NCBI RefSeq assembly: GCF_000143415.4
Contig: NW_003314428.1
Span: 62,001 to 126,000, forward strand
Origin: Selaginella moellendorffii
Taxonomy: Eukaryota; Plantae; Lycopodiophyta
Direction: 5' to 3'
Length of the DNA: 64,000 bases
Position 1 is the first letter of the stretch. Every line of letters begins with the position of its first letter. Positions 52,063-64,000 of the stretch are shown here, one piece after another. Position numbers and translations under genes: made by a program. The notes below the pieces were generated by a model. It saw only the letters and a list, made by a program, of their open reading frames with translations, was not told the DNA's origin and searched no databases.

Positions 52063-53889
52063 ACACTTTTAGCTGCATGTTTGGATCTTATGAAAAGAAT
52101 TACAAGCTAGCAGAGATTGGATTACAAATATCTATGGGGATCTATGTATATATATTTTCTATAAATAATTCTTCTTATTTATAGAAATTAAATTGTAAAC
52201 TAAAAAATTCTAGGTAGTACTAACTGACAAATTCCAGGTGAATTTGATCTATATACATATTTTCTTTAGGATTTTTAACACAGTTGGGATCTCTTGAACA
52301 GAATACAGAAGAGGACCATGCCCAAAAATGGGACCAATATTATTTAAAGTTTAGCCTTGCAATTTATGTATTGTGGTTGAGAATGCAAGTCTTTATGGAA
52401 GCTGTCATCTTTTTAGTATAAATGACATATCACCATCTGTAGCCTTTAATACTATTCTTGGTAGCAAAACCTTTCTTCCCTTAATATTTTCATGCACTAT
52501 ATTTTCTTCAAGAACATTTTGTAAGTAATTATCAGTTTAGTGCCATTACATAAACCCCTTTTTACATCAAGATTACATAATAGCATCACAATGTTTTTTT
52601 TTTAATTTAATTTATGTAGATGCATATCAGATGGTGTTATAGAGTTTAAATATTCTACAGAAAAGTCCAACATCTCCTCAACATAATCACTGTCAATTGT
52701 ATTCATACTTCTAAATAAAAATAGTATTCCTGACATCCATGTCTAATGAATGATCATTTAATGTTGTCAAAATTGCCTTTTGTGAGTTATTATTAGAGGG
52801 TGCAAACTTTTTACTAGAAACAGAATTTATCATAGAGGTTTTTGACATACATTTCACTGGGAGCTCTATTATATCATCTCTATAACCATCAAGTTTTGGT
52901 AGGTCACTATTTCCAAGCTTGATTAACCATTATAACTATTCTTTTTCTTCTAGTTTAACATGTATGTTCTTAGTAAGTGTGTATTTCACTATAGATGACC
53001 ATAATAAATTAGACTTAATACTGTTCTGAATGATTTATACTTGTTTTTCTCTTTTAAGTACATGTAATATCTGTCTAAAATCTCCATCAATAACAACAGT
53101 TATTCCACCAATTTTTTCTTAGCAGTCTTTGCTGTCATATATAACACATTCTACAGCATTAAATACATATTTCGATACCATGCTTTATTTCATCCCAAAT
53201 ACAAAAATCTATTTTTCTGATTTTATCAACTTCTTTTGAGTTCTCTCTTAAATCAGATATACATGTTTCTATGACTGGTTCAAGAAATTTGAAAGTAGAA
53301 TGTACTATCTGACTGCTAATCAATAAAGTGCTTGCAATTCTTATCTATGTTGAAGATAATGTTTTTTTACCAGATAATTATGCATGCATTATAAAATAAA
53401 TGAATAAAAATGATTTTCCAATTCCACCTATGGTAGAAGTTGGAGATGGAGGTGAAGACTCATATCAAATGCATGGGGGCCAAGTGTGAGTAGCAATAAT
53501 ATTCTCCTTAGCTGCTAGAAAATTTGCTTCTCGCTCTTATTATTTAAAGCTTTGCATACTTTGTCAGAAACTTGTTGTTCATCTTTATTTGGCAAACTTC
53601 TTTCTTTTTAATGTCATGATATTCAAACTCTATATTCTCATATGTGTAAGTATTATCACTTTTGACTACTTGATATATATGTGGCATGGAGATATCAAAA
53701 GCTACAAGGTATTTTCTATGTTGACCAATTAAAAGAGACAACTCTTGAAGTGTATGAATGAATGTAATGTGTTTGGTGTCAAAATTATGGATTAAATCCT
53801 CATACATATCAATCTTATATTTATTTCTATAGTTTATTTGGATCATTCATCTCATAAGAGAAAATTATCCCAAAAAATAAGCAAACAAG

Positions 53890-54520
53890 GAGCTATACTA
53901 TGCCTTAGGTTGGTTGGCCATGCCTGACCTACCCACTATCCCTACTATAGCCCCCTCCCACGCTCACTAGTATGAAAACATGCTTTTGGCTTTCACCACA
54001 GTCCTAGGGATTAGTCTCTAGGACAATCATGAAAACTTATTAAATCTGGAATGATGTTAGATTGTAAGTTTAGACACGGGAATAACACCATTATGTTTAG
54101 AACAATCTCTACATTTCATAGATATGCCTAACTTGCAAATTTAGACACTTTCATAATAGTCAGTAGGACCATATAGGACCAACATATGAAGAATGATAGT
54201 GAGAGTGTCTTGGCAAACACAGTAAGCTATCATCTAGCATATATTGAGAGGCCAAGCCTAATATAGTGGGGGTTCTGAACACTAGCAAGTGCAAGCTAAC
54301 ATATGAGTTTCTCATCTTAGGCTAAGTATGCTCAACATACTTAGGAGTTCCTACCTTATATTTATCTTAAATAAGTGTATATATAATGATCAGTTTCTCA
54401 ATTAACTTGGGTAGAGACTGATAAAGTGTCTGACCTTTTGCTGTTATGGTAGTAAAAGAAGAATATTTGAAAGGACTTATCAACAGGTACTTTTTGATAC
54501 CCACAATCACATTTGCGACA
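53890..54520 (-). mobile_element. Decayed, truncated family B LTR
   Basis: Reverse complement of ~25543-26215; ends ATTTGCGACA (= TGTCGC start). Confidence 0.8.
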
Positions 54521-54734
54521 CTAAATATTTTATCCTTATATATCCCCCAAGGTTCCATATATCCATTGTGACAATATATCTAAATCTCATCCTATAATCA
54601 CACCTCTCTTTAGAAATATCAATGTTCTTATTGACCATTGACTAACAACCCCTATTAAGCTAAGGAGAACCAATACCTCCATTTTTGCAGTGAATATACC
54701 AATCATTCTATTGTATAAATTAACTATTCTATGT

Positions 54735-54929
54735 TGTAAACAACCAAAGAGAAAGACTCGAGAGACGATCCATAGGGGTTCAAATATAGAGGGAAAGGGC
54801 CCATGAACAAGAGTGCACCACTTTTTCCAATTGGTTAAAGGTATTGGGATACTTAGGGTTAAATGTCCTTGGGTTTAAATAATACTAAGCTAAGTGACCT
54901 CCTAAAAATTCCAAATTTAGGAGCTTACA
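54735..54929 (+). mobile_element. Second Cassandra-like solo LTR (older)
   Basis: Colinear with 12761-12954; TGTAAA...CTTACA; TSD TATGT/CATGT. Confidence 0.85.
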
Positions 54930-56399
54930 CATGTGAGGCAATTAATCATCTAGTCGTACTACAGTCTCACAATGAAAACCCTTCATCTATAAATGCTTTA
55001 CAATACAAAGGATGTACTTATGGATGCCTAATATATACAATTCCAAGTTTAGGGATAGGAATATATATCTTACTCAAGGGTATATTATATTTTAAGTAAC
55101 CATTAATCAATAGGAATGTTATTTTCTCTAATACAACAACACCCTATTTCTCTCTCCTTAAGCCAAATAAAAAAGGGGTAATTTTTTTTATGAAAGAGCC
55201 CTAATGGCTATTTTATTCCCATATATCCCTCAAGGTTACAAGGATCCATAGTGACATTATATCCAAATTCATCCTATGATCATATACACTACATGCCAAA
55301 ATCTAACTCTATCTGGAACTTGGTCTTGGACTCCATCTTGTACTCAGTGTTAATAATTTTATGTGTCATGACACTTGCCATGTGTTAGTCTTTCTTTTAT
55401 CCTTTTCTAAAGATTTGCTTATCAATCACTTTGTGTTTGTTTCTCAAGCACTTCTTTGGGAGTTCCTCTTCCGCTCTCAAGTTTCCAAGTTGGACCTTTT
55501 GATTCAAATATATTATGCTCATTAGGCTTTTGCTTCTGCCACTATCATGTTCATCTATTGATGTTCTGGTTCTTGTGGCATGCATATGTGGAAAACCCCT
55601 ACCCATAGGTAAGAGCTCCTTCATTCTCACTTGTGCATGTGTTAGCCTCAGGAATGAGACTCTTTGGTATTGTAGAGAGAAAGAGTAAGAATGAAGGAGA
55701 ATCAAAGCACCTCTTACCTGCAGATAAGGGTTTCCCATATATGCCTGCCACAAGAACTAGAATATAGATGGATGAAAGTGATAGAGTATGATCAAATGAT
55801 TTATTAACTGTTGAGACAGCACCCCATGGTACTCCATCACAAGCTAAAGCAACATAAGAATGATAAAGCGCAAGAACAAAGGAGCATATCTTGCCTCACT
55901 CAGCCAACTTGCTTAAGTAGTGGATTGGTTGCATATTGATGGCAGACAACTCCACACAAGCAGCTGGATTATCCATGGAAAAATTTAGTAATTAGTACTA
56001 GGTGTTATCATAATTGGAAATGCCTCACCTACCTTCCATGCCTCCCAGAGATGGTACCAAATCCCAAGGCAATGAGGATCACCAGCATTTTAAACTAGTG
56101 TGGTGTGATCATGGATGTGAATACCTCAGCCTCTAGCCAACTCACATTCAAGTGGGAGGTTGACATGCAGAAGATATTAATTGACTAGACTGATGGTCTC
56201 ATTGATTCCTTATTATAACTGAGGTCTTGTATCCATAAATTTTCCAGCATTGATCAAAGCATTGAAGGAGCAAGTTATGCACTTGCCTTGGAGAGGAGAC
56301 ACTCCCCACAAGGCTCAATCCCGTTGGTGCCAATGTCAAAATGTGTGAGGCCTGGTAGTTTCTTGCAAACAATCAAGATGAAAATGCAATAAAAGTTAA

Positions 56400-57120
56400 A
56401 TATACCTCAGTTCACACTCCTCTTGTTCAAACAAAACTTAAGGAATGTGTGGTAGTGGAGCATGGGTGGCCTTTCTACAACCAAGAAGCTCTGGAGGTCT
56501 AGGGATCAAATAACCTCTCTATCCTTTGTGAGACTTCCAAAGTATTAGAAAATGTTTTGGATATAATAAACTCACCTGATTGGGTCCTCAAATGAAGGAA
56601 TTTTGGTTAGAACCCCAGATAGTATTCATATCCTGCTCAATGAGGTTGAAATCTGTGGCAAAATCACCCCTTATTAGTCTCAGCTGGCCAAAACGTCTTA
56701 CAGCAGAAGTGTAAATGTCATAAACAGTGTCCCCTTGCATGTTAGTGCACAATACAGCAGCAACTGCATAGTGGGAGTAGCCATTGATTATTGCATGAAC
56801 CCAAAGGTTCCATGATGCTAGCTTACACCAACCTGGAAGAAAAGAAAAATAAACATATAAACACCAAAACTGTTTCTTACTGTCAATGTGCCACATGCAT
56901 ATGGGGGCAGATACATTGTACAATTTGCGATCTATCACCTGCCAGAAACATCTCCCATGGGTTTGCAGGTCACTCATAAGAAATGCCTCTCGAACCATCC
57001 TCACAGAAACCTGTAAAAGGGTCCTATAAACATTCCAAATTCCCTAGTTGCTCCTCTTGAAACTTCACTGCAATCTGTTGTGGATTCTTATGGAGATAGA
57101 CCCCGTGCCATACAAAAAGA
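56400..57120 (-). pseudogene. Decayed eukaryotic IS3-like (IS3EU/rva_4-type) integrase-core transposase
   Basis: RKLYNVSAPICMWHID..KLASWNLWVHAIINGYSHY..NMQGDTVY..AVRRFG..LIRGDF..GSNQNSFI parallels the pattern YSVPGPNSLWHIDG.HKL..W...HG.IDG.SR...N.A.TV...A...G.P.RVRSD. Confidence 0.7.
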
Positions 57121-59671
57121 CATAATGTCTTTCACAAGTACTGCTGGGTGGTGCCTAATGCCCAGCTGATTTGCTTCAAGATTTGATCACACAAAAGATA
57201 ACGGCAAACAAGTCTCTTCCACATCCCTAATCCATTCCTCATTGCAAAGGAGGGACCATCCGCCTGTCTCTGTTGTGCTACTGTCGCTATCCCATGAGCT
57301 ATCCTCGTCATCAATAATACTCCCACACTCACTGCCACTGGAATCTACTTTTGTCTGTGCACTAGCTGCACACCTTTGGCGAACGGCCTGCTGGGCTGTA
57401 AGACTGCTGATGCCCAGGGCCAAGAAACCCTTAACAGCCCTGCAGAGCAATGACCCTAGACTTGTGACCCCGCAATGGTTGTGGCGGGAGCCTGGACCTC
57501 TGGCAAGTGATGACAGTGGCGTGGAGACCTGTGGCAGTGATGGATGCGACACAGTGGAGCTCAACGGAGGTGGGAGCTCCACAGCGATGGCAGAATGAAC
57601 CCTACCTGGAAACCCAACGAGTGACAACACACTCCAGTGGGAATTTTGAACCTGCTTGCCGCCTAGAATGACTTGTCACCATCAAGTGTCCCGGTGGCTA
57701 GGCCCATCCAAGGTGTCCTGCCCTAAAAACTGATGTCACATCAAAGGGGTGGCAGCTAGGTGCGAAATCAGCTTCACATTGGTCCATGTGCAAAAGGTAT
57801 GAAACCAAACATGACGTTGTTGCATTTTGTTATGTCTTATCCACAGTCTTCGTCTCTTATTTTTCTGATCAGGCCAGATGTGTCCTCAGCACTTTGTATG
57901 AGACAATGAGTAAAATAAAATTGATAAGATTGCCCACGCTAGTACAAAGTCTGTAGCTGGCATTGATTGCATTCAGACATTTAATATAAAGTACAGGTTC
58001 AGACTATCAAGTTGGATCTTACACGCTGGCCGAATGGATATGAATGAAAAAGTAAACCATCTGCTTAGCTAAGGCATGTCATGCCGACATTTATTATAGC
58101 AATGCTTATTAGCTGAAGCCTCAGGCTTGCAGCTACAGAAACTATCTGTTCATACCTGCAAGTACGGATCATGTAATGAAGTGACGTCCTTTCAGCAATG
58201 CCCTAGTTTTAGGACATATGGCAATCAAAGCAAATGAACTGCAGCAATGCATTAACATGATTGAGGCGCTGGTCGACACAGAGAGCGAAGCCAAGAATTT
58301 CCGGATGCATTGTCATGATATCATTAAGTGTGCGCAGTCACTGCATCCAATACTTCTGCGCCTTCAAAAGGAACTACCGGAGATTGTTGACGCAAATGGC
58401 ACAAAGTAGGAATAGAAACTGGTTTATATTGTACTTGACTTGTCCAACCATGCAGCCCAATATTCCACAAGCTCAACAAGCTGCTCGAGGAGGCACTTCT
58501 CGTTATAAGGAAAACGGCACAGTTTGGCACAATGGAAAAAATTTTGGATCATGGGGAAAGCAAGCATAAGTTGGATGACATATTAGCGAGTTTGCAATCT
58601 GCCTGTCGAGAGGTAGACCTATATTTTTTGAGAACTTCAGGCTTTTTTATGTTTTTTATCAGATGGATGCTTTTGTTGCTGGCTATGAAAACCTACTTAC
58701 ATTGGGGGAATCTAGCAATCCAGAGAAAACATCTATAGTCATTGATGGGGCACAAGAAGATGAGTCACCTCCAACATTGTTGTGAGTTTTGTCTGGTTTT
58801 TGTTTTTTAGATAAAGAGTAGTAATTTTCTAAAATATAATGTTACTCTTTATGCTCTCACCCTGGCTTATCCGCTCACTTATCATGTCAAAAACTCAAAC
58901 GTTGTTAAACTATACATTACTTCTCAATTTCCTGAAATATCACAAGCCCAAGGTCCTTTATCGTTTGGTATTAAGGAGCAATGTAATCATGTACGACATG
59001 AGGTGTAGATTTTAAATTTTTTTTCCTTTTTTGTAAGGTCAGATGACTATCTCAAAAAAAATATAGATTGAAATCGGCTAGCTGCCTATATTTCTGTTTA
59101 TGTAGATTTTCATATGGGTTAATTCCTTCCTTTTCAGGGACAGGTATTTGTTATTTGAGGCTCACCGCTGCAGCTCAGATGTGTTGTGCGAGCTTGCATG
59201 AGCAGCCTTACTAGAAGTATCTTCTTAGGCAAGCCACTGGAGCTTAAACTTATTTCTCCTAGTCAGTTTGTAACTGACCAGGAACTTTCTAGCTTCTCCA
59301 CTGCGAGAGATAAAAATGTGTCTAGAGATTGCAATGGGCAACCTGGATGAGCCAAACGAGGTGCTGGTAGGAGATTGATTTAAAGGTTGGAGTGGCATTC
59401 AGTCGCTTCCAGTCTCGTTTCTTTCAAGGAAAAAATGGCAACTTGGAATTGAGCATATCTAGTATGGTCTTCTCATGTTTTGTTTTCTCATTGTTTCACA
59501 ACAGTTTTGGACCTCAACTCTTACTCATGTCTGTGAGCTTGTCATGGCATATAATGCACATAATACAAAGTATGTCTTGTAATACTATGTAATAAATCTT
59601 GTAAATCAATAAAATATTTTCTTTTACAACTATTATATAAACTAGCAGATGAAACTGTTTACATAGAAGAA

Positions 59672-62244
59672 CTAGCAAGGATTCCAGCTCCACTGGAATA
59701 GATAGGAAATTTGTTACATTGGTGACATGAATCCTCTTTGGACATAGACATTATGGTTCTGGAGCACATTTTATCCCTTGCATTGTTCAATGGACATTGT
59801 AATTTGTTTCTTTAGTGTTCCCCTTGAAAGCACAACATAAAGTTGACCGTGGCCAAAAACTGGTTTTGGCAAGTAGATACCCACATTCCGTAATGTTTGT
59901 CCTTGAGATTTGCAAATTGTTATGGAGAACATAAGCTTTTTTGAGAATTGTCATCATTTGAGGATAAATGGCATGTCTCTATCAATCAATTTTAAAGAGA
60001 TTCTTGGTAGGAATTTTTTCCCTACCATTATGTAGAATTTCAGCTTCTATAACATTTGGTAGTGCCTTGGTTATAATCAGTTTAGTGCTATAGTGTCGAT
60101 GTTGCATAGCAATATTACGATGCATCCAGTTTTTATGTGTGCTTGTGCAGAGGCATTCCAGATGGTGTACTGAGTTTAAGGATTCTATAGGATAGTCCAA
60201 CGTCTCTTCATCAAAATCTGTTTCTATGATGTCAATGATTTTGTATGTTATTGTTCTATCAGTCATTCTTGAAAGGACTTGGTCATTCACTTGTAGAGTG
60301 AGATCATTTAAAGTTGAGAATAGCTTTTTGCAATAGCTTTGGATCATTTTGGTTGTATGTGCTTTCCAAACACATTATCTATCATTTGTTCTCTGGTGGT
60401 GGAAGAGGTAATTTTATAACTTTCTGGTTGAATCTTTGGAGGCTAGGTAGGTTACCATTTCTGAGCCTCACAAGCCATCGGGACCATTCCTTTTCTTCAG
60501 AGTTCACCCTCATATTAGTGTATAATGAGAACTTTACAAGTTTCCACAGGATTTCATGTTATTTTGGACAATTTGTGTGTGACAGGCTCTTTTTAGAATA
60601 GGTAATGTCTGTCTGAAATCTCCTCATGTTACTAATGTGATGCCACCAAATTTGTATCACAGTTTTTTATGTCATGCAAGACCCTTTTTACAGCTTTAAA
60701 AGCATGAATGGGTACCATGCTTATCTCATCCCATATAAGCAGGTCATCTCTCCTTATGACCTTGGCAGGTGCTGAATTCTCTTGCAGGTCCAAGGTGCAT
60801 GTTTCTGTGATTGGTACTAGTAGCTTAAATGTTGAATGAGCCGTTCGGCCTTCGATAAGAAGAGTACTTGCTCTTCCTGTCCATGTGACCGCTAAGACTT
60901 TCATGTCATAAGCAGTGGCATATTTTATTAGCATGTTAAAATGGTATGATTTAGCCGTGCCTCCAACACCATCAAAGAATAATCTGTTTGTTTCGTTTTG
61001 TTTTTTTTTTTTTTGTATTGCATTCAAGACGTTAAATATGTGAAGTTGTTCCATATTCAGTCTGGTTTTTGGCATGCATGGCACACAACTTGTTTTAGTT
61101 GTTTCGTTATCTACTACAAAATCTAGATCTGGTAACTTGTAGTTGAAAAGTTTCTTGCCATGTTCCTGGAGTAATATAGACATTTCATGCAATCCATGTT
61201 GCACTGCTGCTTCATACAAGTCTTCATACATGCCTTCCTTGAATTTATCCCATAGTTTTTTTGGGATCAATGAGCTCACAAAACAAACACATGACAACGA
61301 ATAGATACCTTACTTTTGCAGGCATCTTAAATGTCAAGAACTCTTTTAAGCATTTATCCCACTCACAATCATCCTGTAGAAGTCCCATTTCTTGTGTGGT
61401 AGAATGGTATGTGTCATATGCAACACCGTTTAATACCTTTAAATTTCTAAAACTTGTAGCACCTTTTTTGTAGAGGAGCATACATAGGTAGAAACGTTTA
61501 GAGTCATGCAGTGATATAGTGTACATCTACCAACCACCTTGAATGCACGTTGGCATGGTATCCACATTCTATTTCATGGTACAAGAGTGTCCTTGCAAAT
61601 TCATCGGTCTTGTTTAGTTCAAACCATTCCATCAGTTTGGTTTTATCACCACTTTGTAATGCAATCTCTTCCTCACCTTCATTGAAATAAATACTTTAAA
61701 GGTTTTCCAGGTGGATGTCCATTCTCTCGATAAAATGTGATCTCCCATGCAAGTCATATCCATAGATCCTCCATATTCCTTTTGATGTGGAGACATGGTG
61801 GCAGTTTTTTAAAGCCTCTATTTCATCCCAGTCTAGTACTTGTTCAGGAGTTGAATTCTCATCCCTTCGAAGGTGTACCTCTAGACAATCATGTCCCTTA
61901 TATAATATTACTTGACACTTTTTACAGTGGAACACTCCTTGACATTTATGTGTATTCTGTATTTACATAAGAGGTATTTATTATATGGCATGACAAACCT
62001 GTTGTTGATGGATTTGTTCTTTATTAGAATGATATGTCCTTCTTGGTGCCTTCTATACTTTGGAAACTGACCCTTGACATTCTGAATTTCTTCACAGTAA
62101 TCTCTTGGGTAGCGTGACTTATATTTGCCATCCTTCGTGCATGGGCTGTTTAGAAATTCAGGCCCACAAGGGTGGTGTATCATGTGCTTTTTAACCAATT
62201 CATACAATTTTGGGTAGGTATTTCTGCAGTAACTATATTATCTA
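59672..62244 (-). mobile_element. Decayed Helitron (Rep and Pif1 helicase)
   Basis: KHMIHHPCG..SPCTKDGK..YPRDY; YNKYLLCKYRIHINV; FYLCMLL..KGATSF; FFDGVGGTAKSY; IWDEISM; 3' hairpin ATTCCAG-CTCCA-CTGGAAT with CTAG at 59672-59675. Confidence 0.9.
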
Positions 62245-63320
62245 CTATCAAGGAATCCAGCCTCTGCTGGCATAGATAGTAATTATGTTTTATTTAATAT
62301 TATCATTTGAAATTTTTTTTATAGACTATGTTTTTTTGTGTACACAATTTTATTTTGCAGGAAACCTTGTTCCTTACATTGTTTGTGTCTTTGATGGTTC
62401 TATTCAGAGTGCAACATAAAGTTGACCGTGGCCAAAAACTTGTCTTAGAAAGAATATCTTTATATTTTACAGTGTTTGTCTTTAGGATTTGCAAATTGTA
62501 ACAGAGAATGCAAGCCTTATAGAGAACTACTACCATTTATAATGAATGGCATACCTCCATTTTTTGGTTTCAAAGAGATTCTTGATAGAAGTTTTTTTTT
62601 ACTTGCATATCATTGTATAAGATTTTAACTTCAATGATGTTTGGTAAAGCCTTGGTTATGGTAGTTTATTTGTGTTAATATTATATAAGAGTATTATGAT
62701 ACAGCTGATTTTTATGTTTAGCTTATGTGGAGGCATTCCAGACGGTGTTCCCAAGTTTCTGAACTCCATAAGATAGTCAAGCATCTTCTCATTTGATTCT
62801 GTTTCTACAGTATCAATTCTTTTGTATGTTATAGTTGCTCATTCTTGAAAAGACTTAGTCATTTACTTGTAGAGAGAGGTCATTTAAAGTTGTGAGAATA
62901 GCCTTTCAAAATAGGCTTAAGTTGCTTGTCTCTATGTTTTTTTCAAACACACTATCTATCAATTTTTCTCTAGTAGTGGATGTTAGTGGTACTCTGGATG
63001 TCTTGGGAGGTTAGAGAGATTGTCATTTCCTTGGTTCACAAGCCATCTTGACCATTCCTTTTCATCTGGGTTCACTTGTATGTTTACATGAAATGAGAAC
63101 TTTAGGAGTTTTGACCATATTAGTGAGGATTTAACACTATTTTGAATGATTTGTGTATGGCAAGCTCTTTTAAGAACAGGTAAGGTTTGCCTAAAGTCTC
63201 CCCCTGTCATCAAATGTGATAACACTGAAATCCTTGTCACAATTTTTGATGTCACAAAAAGCATGTGGTTACCATGTTTATCTCATCCCATATGAGTAAT
63301 TCAGCTCTTCAAATATGTTC
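62245..63320 (-). mobile_element. Third Helitron copy (helicase 3' part)
   Basis: GGDFRQTLPVLKR..; paralogous to 59800-60740; degenerate 3' terminus ACTATCAAGGAATCCAGCCTCTGCTGG at ~62244-62270. Confidence 0.8.
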
Positions 63321-64000
63321 AGCAGATAAAAGAATTTTCTCTTAGGTCCGATGTGTGTGTTTCACAAAAGAACCCTGATATAAATTCTCTTTTTTCATAT
63401 ATATTTAAATGATATATTTCTGAAAATATAAATCCAGACTGGTCATAATATAAGGAGATAAGAAAGTAAATTTTGACATACAACACATCAAATAAAAACA
63501 AAAAAATATGCTAATTTTAGTTCTTTAAAGCTATATATAATTGGTTCTTGTTAATGAAATAGCATTAAAACCAGATTTCTCCAATTTTTTATCCTTCTAA
63601 ACCTGGCAAGAAAAAAACCACATAGAAAAAACTAAGCTTTCCATTAAAATAAGAAAAGAAAGTGATAGATAGATAGATGCGCATGTTTAAGCATGGGATT
63701 GACTCAAAAGAGCCATGCAAAGAGCTTTTAGAGCTAGGGTCCTATAAAAGCTAGGTTGGATGAGATGAAGCTGTATTTGCTCTGTCTGTAGGAGTCTACT
63801 GATTAGTGTGGCCTTTGATGGATTACCTAGAAAAGTGGATGTAGAAGTCTAGTTATGGAAAGTTTAGATGCAGCCAAAAGCATAGGGGATGTCTTCAACA
63901 CTACATGTTGAGACAGTACACTGATGTATAGTAACTTACGAATCAATCTATTCTCTACTACGTTCATGCTCTATATGACTTGCACGATTCAATGCCACGC

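Larger units (their letters stand above)
50386..53880 (-). mobile_element. Decayed Helitron (Pif1 helicase and RPA70-like remnants)
   Basis: 3' end with hairpin ATCCCAG-CTCGA-CTAGGAT and CTAG at 50386-50389; helicase fragments at 52300-53430 (DFRQILHVLKR, FSTTIHKLQG); RPA C-terminal fragment at 51853-52062. Confidence 0.78.

Overview
Repeat-dense eukaryotic nuclear DNA from a land plant. The ~50-nt introns, CYP88-like gene, Helitrons carrying RPA and Met-tRNA PBS LTR elements suggest a compact lycophyte-type genome such as Selaginella, but that is inference. Most of the window is nested transposons: non-autonomous Ty3-like LTR elements (families A, B, C), two 5S-rRNA-derived Cassandra-like solo LTRs, a TRIM, three decayed Helitron copies, an IS3-like integrase remnant and a CYP88/KAO pseudogene. 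The main feature is a 13.4-kb DNA transposon (33834-47240) with 24-bp TIRs, a 4-bp TSD (AGGA) and a Sola-type transposase. Transcribed divergently from the transposase are a ParB/DGQHR-like protein fused to a possible degenerate N6/N4 DNA-methyltransferase fold, and an FCP1/NIF-type HAD phosphatase. About 28 copies of one 22-bp palindrome (ATGGCRTG-N6-CAYGCCAT) lie in its introns, UTRs and even coding sequence, and I saw none outside the element. This resembles a parS/ParB-like or VANC-like self-recognition (anti-silencing) system; that function is a hypothesis. This copy carries frameshifts and premature TAG codons. All domain calls are by eye, without database searches.
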